A DNA stretch of 64,000 bases, taken from an uncultured delta proteobacterium. GTDB lineage: Bacteria; Myxococcota_A; Polyangia; Fen-1088. The notes beneath the pieces are model-generated. The model did no database searches. It was given only the letters and a program-made list of their open reading frames with translations, and was not told the origin of the DNA. The stretch is from positions 1,568,001 to 1,632,000 of the forward strand of contig CAVYGB010000002.1 of the NCBI GenBank assembly GCA_963767925.1. Reading direction: 5' to 3'. How positions within the stretch are numbered: the stretch's first letter is position 1; every line of letters starts with the position of its first letter. A program made the position numbers and the translations under genes. Below, piece by piece: positions 62,831 through 64,000 of the stretch.

Positions 62831-64000
62831 AGGTACTCCACCGTCCAGGTGATCCACTGGTGGCAGCCCGAGCCGGGCACCAGCTCGCACACCGGGTCGT
62901 CGGGCTTGCAGCGGGTCGCGAAGTCGCGCGCCTGCGGATCGGCCAGGTCGAGGCGGTCCCAGTATTCGACCCGCACCTCGATGCGGTCGCCGGGCTGGTA
63001 CTCGCGGGCGGGGATGGTGAAGCTGTCGAAGATGGCGCTCACCCGTCGCTCGAAGCGGGGCATGCCGGGCCCCTGCTTGCGGATCGACCAGCGGAAGGCC
63101 CGCTGGGTGGGGCGGCCCGGGTTGGGCCAGGGGTCGCCGTCGTCCTGGACCTCGCTGACCTTGAGCACCCGGTCGCGGTCGTAAAGCTCGAAGAACTTCG
63201 GGGCCGAGCTGAAGCGGGGCTCGGTGTTGCGGATGCAGGGGGCGCGGTCGACGACCTGCAGCGGGTAGGGCGCGGAGGTGGCGCTCTGGGCGCCGTCGGA
63301 GACGGTCAGCTCGGCCCGGTAGGCCCCGCGCTGCTCGGGGGCGAAGCAGACCTCCCATCCGGCGGGGCGGCTGTCGGGGCAGGCGGGCGGGACCACGCTG
63401 CTGCCGTCGGGGCGGGTCAGCTTCCAGGTGAAGGTCAGCGCCTCCTCGGGATCGAAGTCGCCCTTCTCGCCGGCGGCGAGCCGCACGTCGCTGAAGATGC
63501 CGAGGGGGGTGTCGGCGGTGACGCTGGCCGCACGGGGCCCCGCGATCTGGATGCTGGCCAGCGGGGGGGCGATGAGCTGGGAGGTCACCATGAGGTGGGC
63601 CGGGCGCTCGATCCCGAGCTCGTCGAGCGCGAACACGCCCACGCAGAAGGCAGCCCGCTGGGCCCGTTCGTAGCGGAAGCTGGTGAGGCCGGGCTCGACC
63701 CGGGTCAGGCGGGCGGCCCGCTCGGCGTCCTCGCAACGCCCGTCGAGGGCCAGGGCCCAGGAGAGGCTGGAGCGGGCGATGGCCGCCGGATCTTCGGGCG
63801 TCTCGCCGGGCAGGCCATCGAGCGACCGGCGGCGGTATTCGGCGGTGAAGGTGACCGGCTGGCGGCTCTGCACGACCGGGGGCCCCAGCAAGACGAGGCT
63901 GCGCTCGAACATCGCCACCGGCCGGGTGGCGAACCCGCGCGCCCCGTCGGCGTCGCCGACCACGACCCAGACGCAGAAGCTGGCGGCGGCCCGCTGCACG
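62827..64000 (-). CDS. hypothetical protein with PKD-like domain, 5' partial
   Basis: DFDPEEALTFTWKL..GAYRAELTVSDG; open to the window edge. Confidence 0.65.
   Translation of the reverse strand, partial: VQRAAASFCVWVVVGDADGARGFATRPVAMFERSLVLLGPPVVQSRQPVTFTAEYRRRSLDGLPGETPEDPAAIARSSLSWALALDGRCEDAERAARLTRVEPGLTSFRYERAQRAAFCVGVFALDELGIERPAHLMVTSQLIAPPLASIQIAGPRAASVTADTPLGIFSDVRLAAGEKGDFDPEEALTFTWKLTRPDGSSVVPPACPDSRPAGWEVCFAPEQRGAYRAELTVSDGAQSATSAPYPLQVVDRAPCIRNTEPRFSSAPKFFELYDRDRVLKVSEVQDDGDPWPNPGRPTQRAFRWSIRKQGPGMPRFERRVSAIFDSFTIPAREYQPGDRIEVRVEYWDRLDLADPQARDFATRCKPDDPVCELVPGSGCHQWITWTVEYL

Overview
Very GC-rich bacterial chromosomal window. Gene content points to Myxococcota (probably Polyangia-like): two DUF1592/DUF1552 pairs, a MYXO-CTERM-like tail, a Hanks-type kinase, PEGA and Cys-rich lipoproteins, and a sigma54 activator. 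It holds about 42 genes: housekeeping (gshB, thiD, recD2, rseP, class A PBP, amidase, glycosyltransferases), signalling (NtrC-type, two hybrid kinases, a FIST/kinase/STAS/PP2C module, TetR, MarR, WYL) and many exported proteins. No tRNA, rRNA, CRISPR array or prophage was seen. Many conserved genes carry 1-nt frameshifts, mostly at 15.7-31.7 kb, which look like long-read consensus errors. The main non-coding structure is a BoxC/REP-like palindrome family (CCCCTCACCCC..CCTCTCCCCGC..GCGGGG[C/A]GAGGGCGAAC): about 15 hairpin-bearing copies at 9 intergenic loci, all downstream of stop codons. Four loci enclose unrelated tandem arrays, and two of these bracket a lone DUF559 endonuclease gene, making a candidate nuclease-plus-repeat system analogous to RAYT/REP. 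Family calls are by-eye motif recognition and coordinates were counted by hand; no searches were run.
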